A DNA stretch of 64,000 nt from the NCBI GenBank assembly GCA_963714975.1, contig CAVQQD010000001.1, positions 288,001-352,000 on the forward strand, written 5' to 3'. The DNA is from an uncultured Gammaproteobacteria bacterium (lineage in GTDB: Bacteria; Pseudomonadota; Gammaproteobacteria; JAURND01). Shown here piece after piece: positions 29,467 to 39,381 of the stretch. Made by a program: the position numbers and the translations under genes. Numbering within the stretch: position 1 is the stretch's first letter; the number at the start of each line of letters is the position of its first letter. The notes beneath the pieces are model-generated. The model did not search any database, had not been told where the DNA came from, and saw nothing but the letters and a program-made list of their open reading frames with translations.

Positions 29467-31364
29467 TCTTCCAAATAAGTATATCCTTGCAGCCCTTCGG
29501 TAAGTGTTTCTAAGTGATCTTGGGTTTCTTCTGCACTTAAATTCGCTCTTTTAAACTGATCCCGATAAGAATCAAGTAGCTCATTACTGTCGAATTGCAC
29601 ATAACGTAAAGCATTCTCCACCACATCCCCCCTGACAGGGTGCACCAAGCGATACCCCCCTTCTGGCAATAATTCCACATTGACGGAATGGGTGTCCCCA
29701 AACAAATTATGCATATCCCCCAAAATTTCTTGATAAGCACCGACTAAAAAAATGCCTAACAAGTAGGGTTTGTTTGCGTCATAAGGCAACAATGGTAAGG
29801 TGGTTTCAATACCTTCGCCATCTACATAACAATCAATGCGCCCATCCGAATCGCAGGTAATATCCTGCAATATGCCACGGCAACTCGGCTTGTGCTCTAG
29901 CCCAGCTAACGGGATGATCGGGAATACTTGATCGATTGCCCATGCATCAGGTAAGGATTGAAAAAGGGAAAAATTACAAAAATATTTATCAGCCAATTTC
30001 TCATTTAATTCATCTAACACTTCACGATGTGAGCGCACACTATGCTTTAATAAATCACGCACGCGAATGCAAGTGTTCATGTAAATTTGCTCAGCACGTG
30101 CCCGCTCAGTCAGGCTGATGATCCCATGGTTATACATGCTGCGCACTTCCCCCATCCAGTGACAGGCATCATGATAAACCTCAAGGGCGGAACGTTCGGA
30201 CAAATTCACGAACCCATCCCATAATTCTCGCAACACCAAAGCCTCATCAGGTTGTACCGGACTCAAATCACCCTTTGGCAGGATGCTCTCTACCTCGGTG
30301 ACATTGACAATTAATACCGCATGATGGGCCACCATGGCTCGACCTGATTCAGTAATAATTTGGGGGTGAGGCAAATTATTCTCTTTGCAAATCTCTTCCA
30401 AGGTATACACCACATTATTGGCATATTCCTGAATGCTGTAATTCATTGAAGTATAACTACGCGAACGTGTCCCTTCATAATCTACCGCCAAACCACCACC
30501 CACATTTACTGTGGTAATTGGCACACCCAAAGCTCGCAACTCACTATAATAACGAGCACATTCACGCATTCCGCGTTGGATGTCCGCAATGTTAGCGATT
30601 TGTGAACCTAGCATGAAATGCAACAATTGCAATAACGCTAGACACCCTTCCGCACGTAAACGTTCTACCACATCTAATACCTGGGCGGCTGAAAAGCCAA
30701 ATTTGGATTTTTCTCCGCCGGTATGCTGCCACTTTCCTGCCGCAACCGATGCTAAACGCAAGCGAATCCCCAAACAAGGCTCTACTCCCATCTTGCGCGC
30801 TTCATCAAGCACCACATCCAATTCAGACATCTTTTCTAAAACGATATACACGCGGTGTCCTAAACGCTGGCCAATGAGAGCCAGACGAATGTACTCACGA
30901 TCTTTGTAGCCATTGCAAATAATGACTGAATCCGGTTGCGTGGAAAGCCCAAGCACTGCTAGTAATTCAGGCTTACTTCCAGCCTCTAAACCGATCGGGT
31001 TGCCCTCGGCGCCATAACGCACGATTTCTTCTAATACCCGACGCTGTTGATTAGCCTTGATCGGATAAACACCCATATATTGACCCTGATAGCCATATTC
31101 CTGCATCGCTCGACCAAAAGCATTTTGTAAGCGCTTAAATCTCTGTCGCAAAATATCCACAAAACGCACTAAAATCGGCAAACTTAAGCCAATTTCATAC
31201 ATTGCATCCACTAATTCTTGCAAATTAATACTCGTGCGATCGCGTTTGCCATCAGGATAGGCAACTACTTGCCCCTGCTCATTGATATCAAAATAACCAT
31301 CACCCCAATGAGCAATATTGTACAATTCGCGGCTTTGCGTTACGGACCAATTAGTCTTAGTCAT
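29463..31364 (-). CDS. speA: Biosynthetic arginine decarboxylase
   Basis: YPIK.NQ, GLEAGSKPEL, DITCDSDG and GAYQEILG motifs. Confidence 0.95.
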   Translation of the reverse strand: MTKTNWSVTQSRELYNIAHWGDGYFDINEQGQVVAYPDGKRDRTSINLQELVDAMYEIGLSLPILVRFVDILRQRFKRLQNAFGRAMQEYGYQGQYMGVYPIKANQQRRVLEEIVRYGAEGNPIGLEAGSKPELLAVLGLSTQPDSVIICNGYKDREYIRLALIGQRLGHRVYIVLEKMSELDVVLDEARKMGVEPCLGIRLRLASVAAGKWQHTGGEKSKFGFSAAQVLDVVERLRAEGCLALLQLLHFMLGSQIANIADIQRGMRECARYYSELRALGVPITTVNVGGGLAVDYEGTRSRSYTSMNYSIQEYANNVVYTLEEICKENNLPHPQIITESGRAMVAHHAVLIVNVTEVESILPKGDLSPVQPDEALVLRELWDGFVNLSERSALEVYHDACHWMGEVRSMYNHGIISLTERARAEQIYMNTCIRVRDLLKHSVRSHREVLDELNEKLADKYFCNFSLFQSLPDAWAIDQVFPIIPLAGLEHKPSCRGILQDITCDSDGRIDCYVDGEGIETTLPLLPYDANKPYLLGIFLVGAYQEILGDMHNLFGDTHSVNVELLPEGGYRLVHPVRGDVVENALRYVQFDSNELLDSYRDQFKRANLSAEETQDHLETLTEGLQGYTYLED

Positions 31365-31367
31365 TGC

Positions 31368-32426
31368 TTATAACTCAACATTTAATTGACGTGGTTTGCG
31401 GTTTTTCCATGCCCCTTTATGGTAGGCGTATCCTGCAATTAAAGGTAATGCGATCGTCGCTTCACAAAATACCATTTGTTCATACACCGTAGATACCTTC
31501 CCCCAGGAACAGGCTTCGCGTAAGGTAGATCCCGAGAGCGCGCCATCTCGCTCATCAGCCACAGTAATTTGTATGGCATATTTATGTAAGGGCGCCGACT
31601 CCCCGAGCAATTCCGCAGCAACCACAATATCCTGAGCAAAATTTTTCGGCACGCCGCCTCCAACCATCAGTAAGCCCGTGTCTTTACTCTTCACTTTAAG
31701 CGCCGTCAATTCTCGAAAATCTTTCACCGAATCGATGCTGACATGCTGAGCAGGATTTTGTACCTGATGCATGACTAACCCAAATCCAGCACTACAATCA
31801 CTGAAGGCCGGCACGAAAATGGGCACTTGCTGTTGATACGCCGTCGCTACAATCGAATTTGCTTGCGGATGCTTGTTTGCTAAATATTCGCCCATGGCGT
31901 AAATAAACTCTCGAGAAGAAAAGGACCGTTTTTCTAGCTGATCGGCAATTTGCGCAATAGTATGGTCACAGACGCGCAAAGAATCTTCATCAATCAAAGT
32001 ATCATAAATTCTATCGATCGCTAATGCCTGTAATTGTTGGTCATCAAGCAGCGCTGAGCCCTGATAATGCTTAAAGCCCAATCCTTCAAAAAAATCTTGA
32101 TCGACAATATTAGCTCCGGTGGAAACAATGGCATCTACCATTTGATTTTTCAGTAAGTCTATGACGATTTGTTTTAATCCCGCACTAATCAGCGAACCTG
32201 CCAAACAGAGGATGATCGTGCATTCAGTATCCTCAAGCATTTGGTGGTAAATCTCTGCTGCACGCGCTAAATTTCTGCCTTGAAATGCGGTATCAGCCAT
32301 CGCTTCCACCAAGGGAACCACATTGGTTTGGGTGATATCAAGATGCTTCACTTCTTGACTGAGCAATTTTTGCTTGCTCAAGTGCTCTTGAGTTGCATTG
32401 GAATCTTCAAGCTTGGTTTCAAGCAT
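31368..32426 (-). CDS. Deoxyhypusine-synthase-like protein (SpeY-like, homospermidine pathway)
   Basis: STGAN, GGGVPKNF and DGALSGSTLREACSWGK motifs; co-transcribed with speA. Confidence 0.9.
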   Translation of the reverse strand: MLETKLEDSNATQEHLSKQKLLSQEVKHLDITQTNVVPLVEAMADTAFQGRNLARAAEIYHQMLEDTECTIILCLAGSLISAGLKQIVIDLLKNQMVDAIVSTGANIVDQDFFEGLGFKHYQGSALLDDQQLQALAIDRIYDTLIDEDSLRVCDHTIAQIADQLEKRSFSSREFIYAMGEYLANKHPQANSIVATAYQQQVPIFVPAFSDCSAGFGLVMHQVQNPAQHVSIDSVKDFRELTALKVKSKDTGLLMVGGGVPKNFAQDIVVAAELLGESAPLHKYAIQITVADERDGALSGSTLREACSWGKVSTVYEQMVFCEATIALPLIAGYAYHKGAWKNRKPRQLNVEL

Positions 32427-32489
32427 GACTAGGCCTCCTCAAAGTAAAATGGATCGCTCTTTTACCATATTTTTTACTTAAAAACAAAT

Positions 32490-32580
32490 CCCTTCTCCCC
32501 TCGGGGAGAAGGTGCCGAAAGCGGACCAGCCTGCCCTGAGCTTGTCGAAGGGGCGCCCTCTCCCGCAAGCGGACGAGGGG
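32490..32580. repeat. Chimeric repeat: family A arms plus a CCTGAGCTTGTCGAAGG element
   Basis: Read directly from the sequence. Confidence 0.75.
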
Positions 32581-32582
32581 AT

Positions 32583-33005
32583 TTAAGGCCCAGGCTTAAG
32601 TTCACTCTGCAAAATCTTATCGATTAACTCCAATTTCGTATCACAGTTTAATTTAGCCCTCATGTTCTTGAGATAAAACTCAACCGTCCTCCGTGATAAG
32701 TTCATTTCTTTGCTTACTTCATTAGCGGTTTTACCCTGCAAAAAATAGTACATTGCCTGAGTTTCTCTTGCAGTAAAATAAACGCCAGGATATTTCTTAC
32801 CTAGTGGGTATTTTACCAATTCGCGCCGCAGTTTATTTACGGTAAAAGTACCTCGTTTTTCTCGCACCTGACCACGTGCGGTTTCATGTTTGTATTTATA
32901 ATCCTTAATGTTAGTAACGGTATATTTACACGGTTTATCGTCCTTATCCTTGTTCTTGTCCTTATCCTGATTAAGCACTTCCTTTAATACAGCATCCCAG
33001 TACAT
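32583..33005 (-). CDS. LuxR-type helix-turn-helix transcriptional regulator
   Basis: FTARE....GKT.NEVS..MNLSRRTVEFYLKNMRAKL.C; GGAGGAG RBS. Confidence 0.85.
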   Translation of the reverse strand: MYWDAVLKEVLNQDKDKNKDKDDKPCKYTVTNIKDYKYKHETARGQVREKRGTFTVNKLRRELVKYPLGKKYPGVYFTARETQAMYYFLQGKTANEVSKEMNLSRRTVEFYLKNMRAKLNCDTKLELIDKILQSELKPGP

Positions 33006-33019
33006 AGTCTCCTCCTGCC

Positions 33020-33039
33020 CTTAAGCTTTTTTTAATATT
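33020..33039. promoter_or_regulatory. PmrA-like box between the LuxR gene promoter and its RBS
   Basis: CTTAAGCTT-TT-TTTAATATT on the + strand. Confidence 0.5.
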
Positions 33040-33223
33040 ATTAGCATAGGAAAATTTGTGCTCAATACCGTAATCCTCTGCCTATATTTTATACAATTAC
33101 TTTACGACCTATTTTGAGCGCTAAATATTAATTTCATTTTCAGCAATAGACTACATTTTTATTCAAATTTCTATGTTTGAATTTCGGTTTTTATAAAAAC
33201 GATCCATTTTAGAGCATAAAAAC

Positions 33224-33394
33224 ATGTTAAGAGATTTACCAGAGCCAATTCAGCAACAAATACTTGACCTGCTTGAAACTGACTTTGTAGCAGCTAAAGA
33301 GTTACGGGACCGGTATCAAAAGCAGAAAGCCTTCCCCCCCCACCAGTCTGAACCCCCAAATTTAGTCATTGACAAAAATTACACTTTTAGCTAA
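33224..33394 (+). CDS. 56-aa small protein (MLRDLPEPIQQQILDLLETDFVAAKELRDRY...)
   Basis: Protein-like amphipathic helices; too short for the ORF track. Confidence 0.55.
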   Translation: MLRDLPEPIQQQILDLLETDFVAAKELRDRYQKQKAFPPHQSEPPNLVIDKNYTFS

Positions 33395-33565
33395 ATAGAC
33401 AATCAAGTTGCAAGGATAACGTGGCCAAGGAAGAGAATTATAAATCTTCATGAACAGGTCTATTCATCCTGTTCATCTCATAATTGAGGAGTTAACCATG
33501 CTTGCGACGAGGGATGACGGAGAGAGCGGGAGAGGGGATTTCTAATTGAATAACTGAGAAACTTA

Positions 33566-34990
33566 ATGCAAATACGCACTCGCTTTGCTCCAAGCCCTAC
33601 CGGGTTTTTACATATTGGTAGTGCACGTACCGCTCTTTATTGTTGGCTTCTCGCGCGTCAACAGCAAGGAACATTCATTCTGCGGATTGAAGATACTGAC
33701 GTGGAACGTTCCACAGCGGAATTTGCCACTTCCATTGTGGAATCCATGGCTTGGTTAGGACTCGACTACCAAGAAGGTCCTTTCTATCAGTCGCAACGTT
33801 TTGACCGTTATCATGAAGCCACCGAAATTTTATTGGCTCAAGACAAAGCGTACCGTTGTTACTGCAGCAAGGAACGGCTTGAAAAACTACGTGAAGCACA
33901 ATTAGCGCGCAAAGAAAAACCGCGCTACGATGGCCATTGTCGCACTCTCACTCACGCACCTGAAAATACTACTTTTGTCATCCGCTTTGCCAATCCCTTA
34001 ACAGGAAGCGTCAGCTTTGACGATCCTGTTCGCGGCAACTTGTGTTTTCAAAACTCGGAATTAGATGATTTAATTATTGCTCGCAGTGATGGCACTCCCA
34101 CGTATAATTTTACCGTAGTGGTAGATGACTGGGATATGAAAATTACTCACGTCATTCGCGGTGACGATCACATCAATAATACGCCAAGACAAATTAATAT
34201 CCTCCAAGCATTTGGCGCTCCATTGCCCTTTTATGCTCATTTACCGATGATTTTAGGTTCTGATGGTAAGCGCTTATCAAAACGGCATGGGGCTGTCAGC
34301 GTTTTGCAATACCGCGATGAAGGATTTTTACCGGAAGCACTAATTAATTATTTAGTACGCCTAGGTTGGTCGCATGGCGATCAGGAAATTTTCGCGCGCC
34401 AGGAACTTATCGACTATTTTAGCCTGCAGGAAATTAATCGCTCTCCCGCTGCTTTTAATCCTGAAAAATTGCTGTGGCTCAATCAATATTACTTGAAGCA
34501 TCAAGACCCCAATGCAGTAGCTACACATCTGTTGTGGCATATGAACCGGTTAGGTATTGACATTCAGCAAGGTCCACCGCTTGCTGAAGTAGTACAAGCA
34601 CAGAGTGAGCGCTGCAAGACTTTATTGGAAATGGCTGAAAAAAGCCGGTTTCTGTATCAAACAGCAATTAATTATGATCCAGAACTTGCGCAAAAACATT
34701 TTACTCCAGAAGCACAAGCTGCCTTGCAGGCACTCCATGCCCATTTCAGCGCAGTCTCAGATTGGCAGAAAGAAACCCTGCACATGGCAATTTCCGACAC
34801 CGCCGCAGAACTCGGAGTTGGCTTGGGTAAAGTAGCACAGCCGTTACGCGTCGCACTAACCGGCGGCACCGTCTCTCCCCCCATTGATGTTACAGTGGCA
34901 TTACTAGGGAAAGCTAAAACTTTGCAGCGGATTGAGAATCTCCTCTCCCGCTTGCGGGAGAGGGTGCCGAAGGCGGGTGAGGGTGTTTGA
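33566..34990 (+). CDS. gltX: Glutamate--tRNA ligase
   Basis: RFAPSPTG.LHIG (HIGH) and RLSKR (KMSKS) motifs; the last ~15 codons are repeat-derived. Confidence 0.96.
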   Translation: MQIRTRFAPSPTGFLHIGSARTALYCWLLARQQQGTFILRIEDTDVERSTAEFATSIVESMAWLGLDYQEGPFYQSQRFDRYHEATEILLAQDKAYRCYCSKERLEKLREAQLARKEKPRYDGHCRTLTHAPENTTFVIRFANPLTGSVSFDDPVRGNLCFQNSELDDLIIARSDGTPTYNFTVVVDDWDMKITHVIRGDDHINNTPRQINILQAFGAPLPFYAHLPMILGSDGKRLSKRHGAVSVLQYRDEGFLPEALINYLVRLGWSHGDQEIFARQELIDYFSLQEINRSPAAFNPEKLLWLNQYYLKHQDPNAVATHLLWHMNRLGIDIQQGPPLAEVVQAQSERCKTLLEMAEKSRFLYQTAINYDPELAQKHFTPEAQAALQALHAHFSAVSDWQKETLHMAISDTAAELGVGLGKVAQPLRVALTGGTVSPPIDVTVALLGKAKTLQRIENLLSRLRERVPKAGEGV

Positions 34991-35078
34991 AATCCCTTAA
35001 AACCACGAAAGAACACCCTCACCCGGCCTACGGTCACCTTCTCCCAAATCCCCTTTTTCACAGGGGATTTGGGAGAAG
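34942..35078. repeat. Inverted pair of family A units (REPIN-like) with a nested hairpin
   Basis: ...GCGGGTGAGGGTGTT / AACACCCTCACCCG...; overlaps the gltX 3' end. Confidence 0.85.
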
Positions 35079-35187
35079 AGATATGATAGTAGTGACAGCC
35101 GCTGAATCTTTTGCTACGATTAAGCCTTCCAAATAAGTCAACAGGATGTTGACATCCAGCCAGCCAGCAACACAAGGAGTGTGAGAT

Positions 35188-37164
35188 ATGGACTCAGAGC
35201 GCAAAGAAACACCTTCACCCCGAAAACCCAAACCCATGTACATAAGCCCAAATTTTACAAACATTAACCAAAAAATGCAGCAGATCTCCGATGAGTTTTC
35301 TGAAAAAAAAGACCCAACCAAACTAATACAACTCAAAGAAGAGCTGGAAGCCATGCAAGCGGAGATTGTCACGAATACTGGCGCAAAAAATTTATCTCTA
35401 AAAGATACGATCAACAAAATCCGTTACAGAGTAATTAACCACCAAGCGAAGGAGCTAATCGATGAGTTTTCTCGGCAAGGAGAACCAAAGGATGATACTA
35501 AGCTAATAAGCTACCAAAAAGAGCTGGAACAAATCCAAGATCTAGTTTTAACCAGCACAATCAACAAAATCAAATATGCACTAAACCCAATCCCTGGCAA
35601 CACACCTCCACCGTCTCCTGGTCCTTCTCCTATACCATCTATCCTAACCCGCAGCACTTTTTCCATACCAGAAGAGTCCAACTCCACTTTTCACATTCCA
35701 TCGCAATATGCCGTGAGCACAGTACGCCGAAGCATGACTCCCACCAGTAATTCCAGAGGCCTGGAACCATTCTCTCCTAAAGGGCCCCCATTAACATCGC
35801 ATCAGAGGCCATTATCTCCGTTTATACGGCCTATATCACCACTTGAACGTCCGCGGAGTGCTTTTGATGTCTTCCCGCATGGACCCACCTCACCAACGAA
35901 GACGTTATTACAACACACTGCTACTACCCCATACCCAGGGCAACGACCTAGATCAGGGACGAGCACATATCCACACAATGATCTGTACAACACACCAAAA
36001 AAAACATTAATTTCGCCATCTCAAACTAGATATAATCCAACATCGCCGTCCAGCCAGCTCCACACTACTTTCACCTTCCCTTCACCGTCTCCGACCACCA
36101 CCCGCGCACCACTACGATCCTCTTACTCTGCAGATCAACTTCCCCCCAAGGCCCAGACTAACTCTACCTCACCTCCAATCCCAGACAAACTGCCAGAAAA
36201 CATATTAAGCTTTTCTCGAACTCAGAGTAGCCGTGATTCGGCGCCTACGCCTTCATCTCAGGGATGTACAAGAGCGGTACGCGCCTCTAGCGACTCTGCT
36301 CTTCTCTCTGATGCAGCTAAAACCACGATAATTCCCAGTAAAGACTTTCCGACTTCTGAGACCACCACTCCGAGAGCAAGTCCACAAACATTGCAATTGG
36401 AGAATAAAGACCCGAGCCTAGGACCTTCCGGTAGAATTTCAAGAAATTCCAATCGAAGTACCTCATCAGACGAATTTTCCGCCACATTCCCCCCAAATAG
36501 TCAACCAGACTCATCTCCAAGACCAATGCCACCCAAAAGTCCCAGCCCTGGCACTGTACTGCAAACATTGCGAACAGGAGATCACGATGCAACTCCAGTA
36601 AAGCCGCTGCCTGATGACACACCCCCTACGTCACCTCCTCCTCAAAATGCAATGATTAGCCAAGTTAGCGAAGGCGATTCTCCAAACAGCCCAATTGCCA
36701 CTCTTTCCCACCAGCCAACCGAGGAGAAGCAGGGAACAAACCCACAAACACCTTTATTGGAACCAACCCTCAATAGTAGTAGTGAAGAACCAAAGACCAC
36801 CACAACAACTGCCACCGAATTTCAAAGACCTCATAGTCCCGGCAGGGATTGGTCTTGTTATAACTTTTTTCAACACTACAAACGCCCATTGCTCAGCTTA
36901 GCTATGGTGGGTACTGCGGCTGCACTTAGTGTCATCGTTTACGAAATTATTGCTTATTGCAATCGATTAGAGGAGTGTCGTAAATTTTTTACCCAAGGAC
37001 TCACTGCTGGCTTAACGAAACCACAGGTCCACATTCCAATTGAGACTATGGTCGGGCTAGTCTTAATTGCTGCGCTTATTTTTTATTGCCGACGAAAAAA
37101 TTCTGCAAAGGATGAGGCGACGGCTGGAGCAGAGCGGGGGCGTGAATCCCTTCTCCCGCAGTGA
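35188..37164 (+). CDS. Pro/Ser/Thr-rich disordered protein with a duplicated N-terminal helical module and two C-terminal TM helices; effector-like
   Basis: AAGGAG RBS; amino-acid composition; DEFS...TKLI....ELE...TINKI.Y occurs twice. Confidence 0.78.
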   Translation: MDSERKETPSPRKPKPMYISPNFTNINQKMQQISDEFSEKKDPTKLIQLKEELEAMQAEIVTNTGAKNLSLKDTINKIRYRVINHQAKELIDEFSRQGEPKDDTKLISYQKELEQIQDLVLTSTINKIKYALNPIPGNTPPPSPGPSPIPSILTRSTFSIPEESNSTFHIPSQYAVSTVRRSMTPTSNSRGLEPFSPKGPPLTSHQRPLSPFIRPISPLERPRSAFDVFPHGPTSPTKTLLQHTATTPYPGQRPRSGTSTYPHNDLYNTPKKTLISPSQTRYNPTSPSSQLHTTFTFPSPSPTTTRAPLRSSYSADQLPPKAQTNSTSPPIPDKLPENILSFSRTQSSRDSAPTPSSQGCTRAVRASSDSALLSDAAKTTIIPSKDFPTSETTTPRASPQTLQLENKDPSLGPSGRISRNSNRSTSSDEFSATFPPNSQPDSSPRPMPPKSPSPGTVLQTLRTGDHDATPVKPLPDDTPPTSPPPQNAMISQVSEGDSPNSPIATLSHQPTEEKQGTNPQTPLLEPTLNSSSEEPKTTTTTATEFQRPHSPGRDWSCYNFFQHYKRPLLSLAMVGTAAALSVIVYEIIAYCNRLEECRKFFTQGLTAGLTKPQVHIPIETMVGLVLIAALIFYCRRKNSAKDEATAGAERGRESLLPQ

Positions 37165-37185
37165 TTGTCTGTGGGAGAAGGGATT
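37145..37185. repeat. Family A-derived hairpin between convergent genes
   Basis: AATCCCTTCTCCCGCAG...CTGTGGGAGAAGGGATT; contains the stop codon of the upstream ORF. Confidence 0.8.
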
Positions 37186-37186
37186 T

Positions 37187-38221
37187 TTAAAAAAAAGCCA
37201 GCACAGCACTTTTCTGCACGCTGGCTAAATCAGGAGGATTCCAGCGCGGCGAGCGGTCTTTATCGATCACCGCAGCTCGGACACCTTCATAAAAATCCGG
37301 CGTGCGTAAGAAACGCAGGGCAATGCTATATTCCATTTGCGAGCATTCATCAAAGCTCAGCTGCGCACCCCGTCGCAATTGTTCACACACCACTTTTAAG
37401 CTGGTGGGTGAGCGCGTGAGCAACAGTTTAACTACTTCATCAGCCCAAGAATCGGCTTGCTCCCGTAACCGCTTCAGTATTTCCTCGATATCAGAGACAG
37501 CAAAACAATGATCAATACCAGCTTGATGCTGAGCTAATTCAGCCACTCCTGGAGCAACCGCCACTTCGCTAATAACATTTTTAACTACAGTATGCGGATC
37601 GATAGACCAACGCGCCTTGGTTAGAGCCTCTATTAACCCCGGCATGGCTTGACTTGGCACCTGAGAGTGAATTAATCCCGCATGGCAAGCATCTGCGGGA
37701 TTGATCACTTGAGCGGTCAAACCCAAATACCAGCCAATCTTGCCAGTACAGCGCGGTAAAAAATAACTCCCCCCTACATCAGGAAAAAAACCAATCCCTG
37801 TTTCTGGCATCGCCAATTTTAATTTTTCGCTCGCAATTCGAAACGAACCATTAATCGAAATGCCCGCCCCACCGCCCATCGTTAAACCATCCAGCAAGGC
37901 AATATATGGCTTGGGAAAATGATAAATACGCCGATTCATGCGATATTCGTGCCAAAAAAAAGTCTGCTCTGGAATAGGTTGATCACGCAGAGCATATAAG
38001 CTGCGGATATCACCTCCAGCGCAAAAAGCACGATCGCCTGCTGCACGAATCACTACCGCTTTAATATCAGCGGTTTTTTCCCAGACAGTAAGCTGCCTAT
38101 CCAAGTCAATGCACATTTCTTGGGTCAAGGCATTGAGAAATTGCGGACGATTGAGTGTGATGAGACCCAGTTGGCCATAAGGCCCTTCGAGGATGTTAAA
38201 GAGAATGTCGTTCAGATTCAT
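37187..38221 (-). CDS. 3-hydroxyisobutyryl-CoA hydrolase (enoyl-CoA hydratase family)
   Basis: AFCAGGDIR, MGGG, AMPETGIGFFPDVG and DFYEGVRA..IDKD..P.W motifs. Confidence 0.9.
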   Translation of the reverse strand: MNLNDILFNILEGPYGQLGLITLNRPQFLNALTQEMCIDLDRQLTVWEKTADIKAVVIRAAGDRAFCAGGDIRSLYALRDQPIPEQTFFWHEYRMNRRIYHFPKPYIALLDGLTMGGGAGISINGSFRIASEKLKLAMPETGIGFFPDVGGSYFLPRCTGKIGWYLGLTAQVINPADACHAGLIHSQVPSQAMPGLIEALTKARWSIDPHTVVKNVISEVAVAPGVAELAQHQAGIDHCFAVSDIEEILKRLREQADSWADEVVKLLLTRSPTSLKVVCEQLRRGAQLSFDECSQMEYSIALRFLRTPDFYEGVRAAVIDKDRSPRWNPPDLASVQKSAVLAFF

Positions 38222-38303
38222 GACTATATTCAGTTAAAGAAACACTTCGTTTTTTATTGATTGATTGTATATTGGCTCTTGCTCTTTGGGAAGAGAGCGG
38301 AAC

Positions 38304-38436
38304 CAGCAATTCTCGGCGAATACGTCGTCCCGCTCCCGCGACTTGATCGCGGGATTGTCCGCGGGATCCATGCTGATGAGAAACACGAAACCTTAACTTT
38401 CCTGTTCCCTGCATCCATGCAGGGACGACGGGGGCT
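38304..38436 (+). mobile_element. MITE-like element (left end CAGCAATTCTCGGCGAAT) containing RPE-like TCCCGCGACTTGATCGCGGGA palindromes
   Basis: Same left end and AGGGACGACGGGG internal motif as 40435-40501. Confidence 0.7.
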
Positions 38437-39105
38437 AAATCTAATGCTGCTCCTGTTGCGAGTGAAATAACAGCGACAATACGTGACAGTGGGAATCCAA
38501 CTCCTTTATTTTGGGCATCAGGTTGTGGATAGGTGGCTTGATTTTCAGGAGTATCTGGCATTGATATACATGAACCATCAATTAATTTTACATGCCGTTC
38601 TCTCCATAACCATTCTAATGGAGTTTGTCCTTCCAATTGTTCAGCTGACTCTCTTGTTAATCCTGATAAAACTTCTTCTGGCAAGCGTGACCTTGCTTTG
38701 CAGTAACCCGCTGTATTGGCAGAAACCTCATCTTCTTGCTTAGCAAAATGCGCTATCACTTGAGCAACCGCTGCCTGGCATGACTGATCTTCTGCAATAA
38801 CCTGCGATAAAAATGCAAAAATGGTTAATTCAGGGGTAAAAATACGTGACCGATGAGGGATAGACGCAATATGTTTGTAGATTTCATCGGGTGATAGTAC
38901 ATCTTGAAAAGGTAAATCATTACTTGATCTCAGAGTGGTTAAGATTGATTCTGCATGATTAATTGTTGATTTTGTGGTATTAATATTCACAGGCATCTCC
39001 TTTAGCGTTTTTTAGTTTTTTGCGAAAACCAAGCATACGTTAATTCGAGATGCCTTTTACTAATTAATTGTTTTGAAATAAGTTTTTCTTAAGTTAGTGC
39101 CATTG
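38437..39105 (-). mobile_element. IS4-family element remnant (left TIR plus N-terminal ~188 aa of transposase)
   Basis: End CAATGGCACTAACTTAAG; R.RIFTP..T...FLSQV, YCKAR.RL and LIDGS (first D of DDE); homology stops at the repeat. Confidence 0.85.
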
Positions 39106-39160
39106 GGTTATGAAGGCTCTTGAGGAATAGATATTTAAACCGAAAAACGACCAGTGCACA

Positions 39161-39376
39161 TCAAATTATATAGAAAAAAGTGATCTTAACAACGCCAAAG
39201 TGGCGGCTCGTCGCACGTTCCGTACCTTAGCGCCTATCAGGTGTCGGGACGCAAGCCTGTTTGTTTTTTTGCGGGAAAAACTTGGATTTAATGTTATTGA
39301 TGGGAATCATCGGCTGGAAAGAGCTTATCGTGATGGAATAAGCAAGATTTTTGCCTATAAAGTGCGGAATGAGTAA
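39161..39376 (+). pseudogene. ParB/Srx-like N-terminal-domain gene fragment
   Basis: FNVIDGNHRLERAYRDG at 39287-39376; upstream fragment YIEKSDLNN. Confidence 0.55.
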
Positions 39377-39381
39377 ATAGT

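Noticed and set aside
39194-39216. GTGCG... on the minus strand as a group II intron 5' end
   Set aside because: No domain V/VI or reverse-transcriptase ORF nearby, and only ~20 nt. Treated as an unidentified insert.
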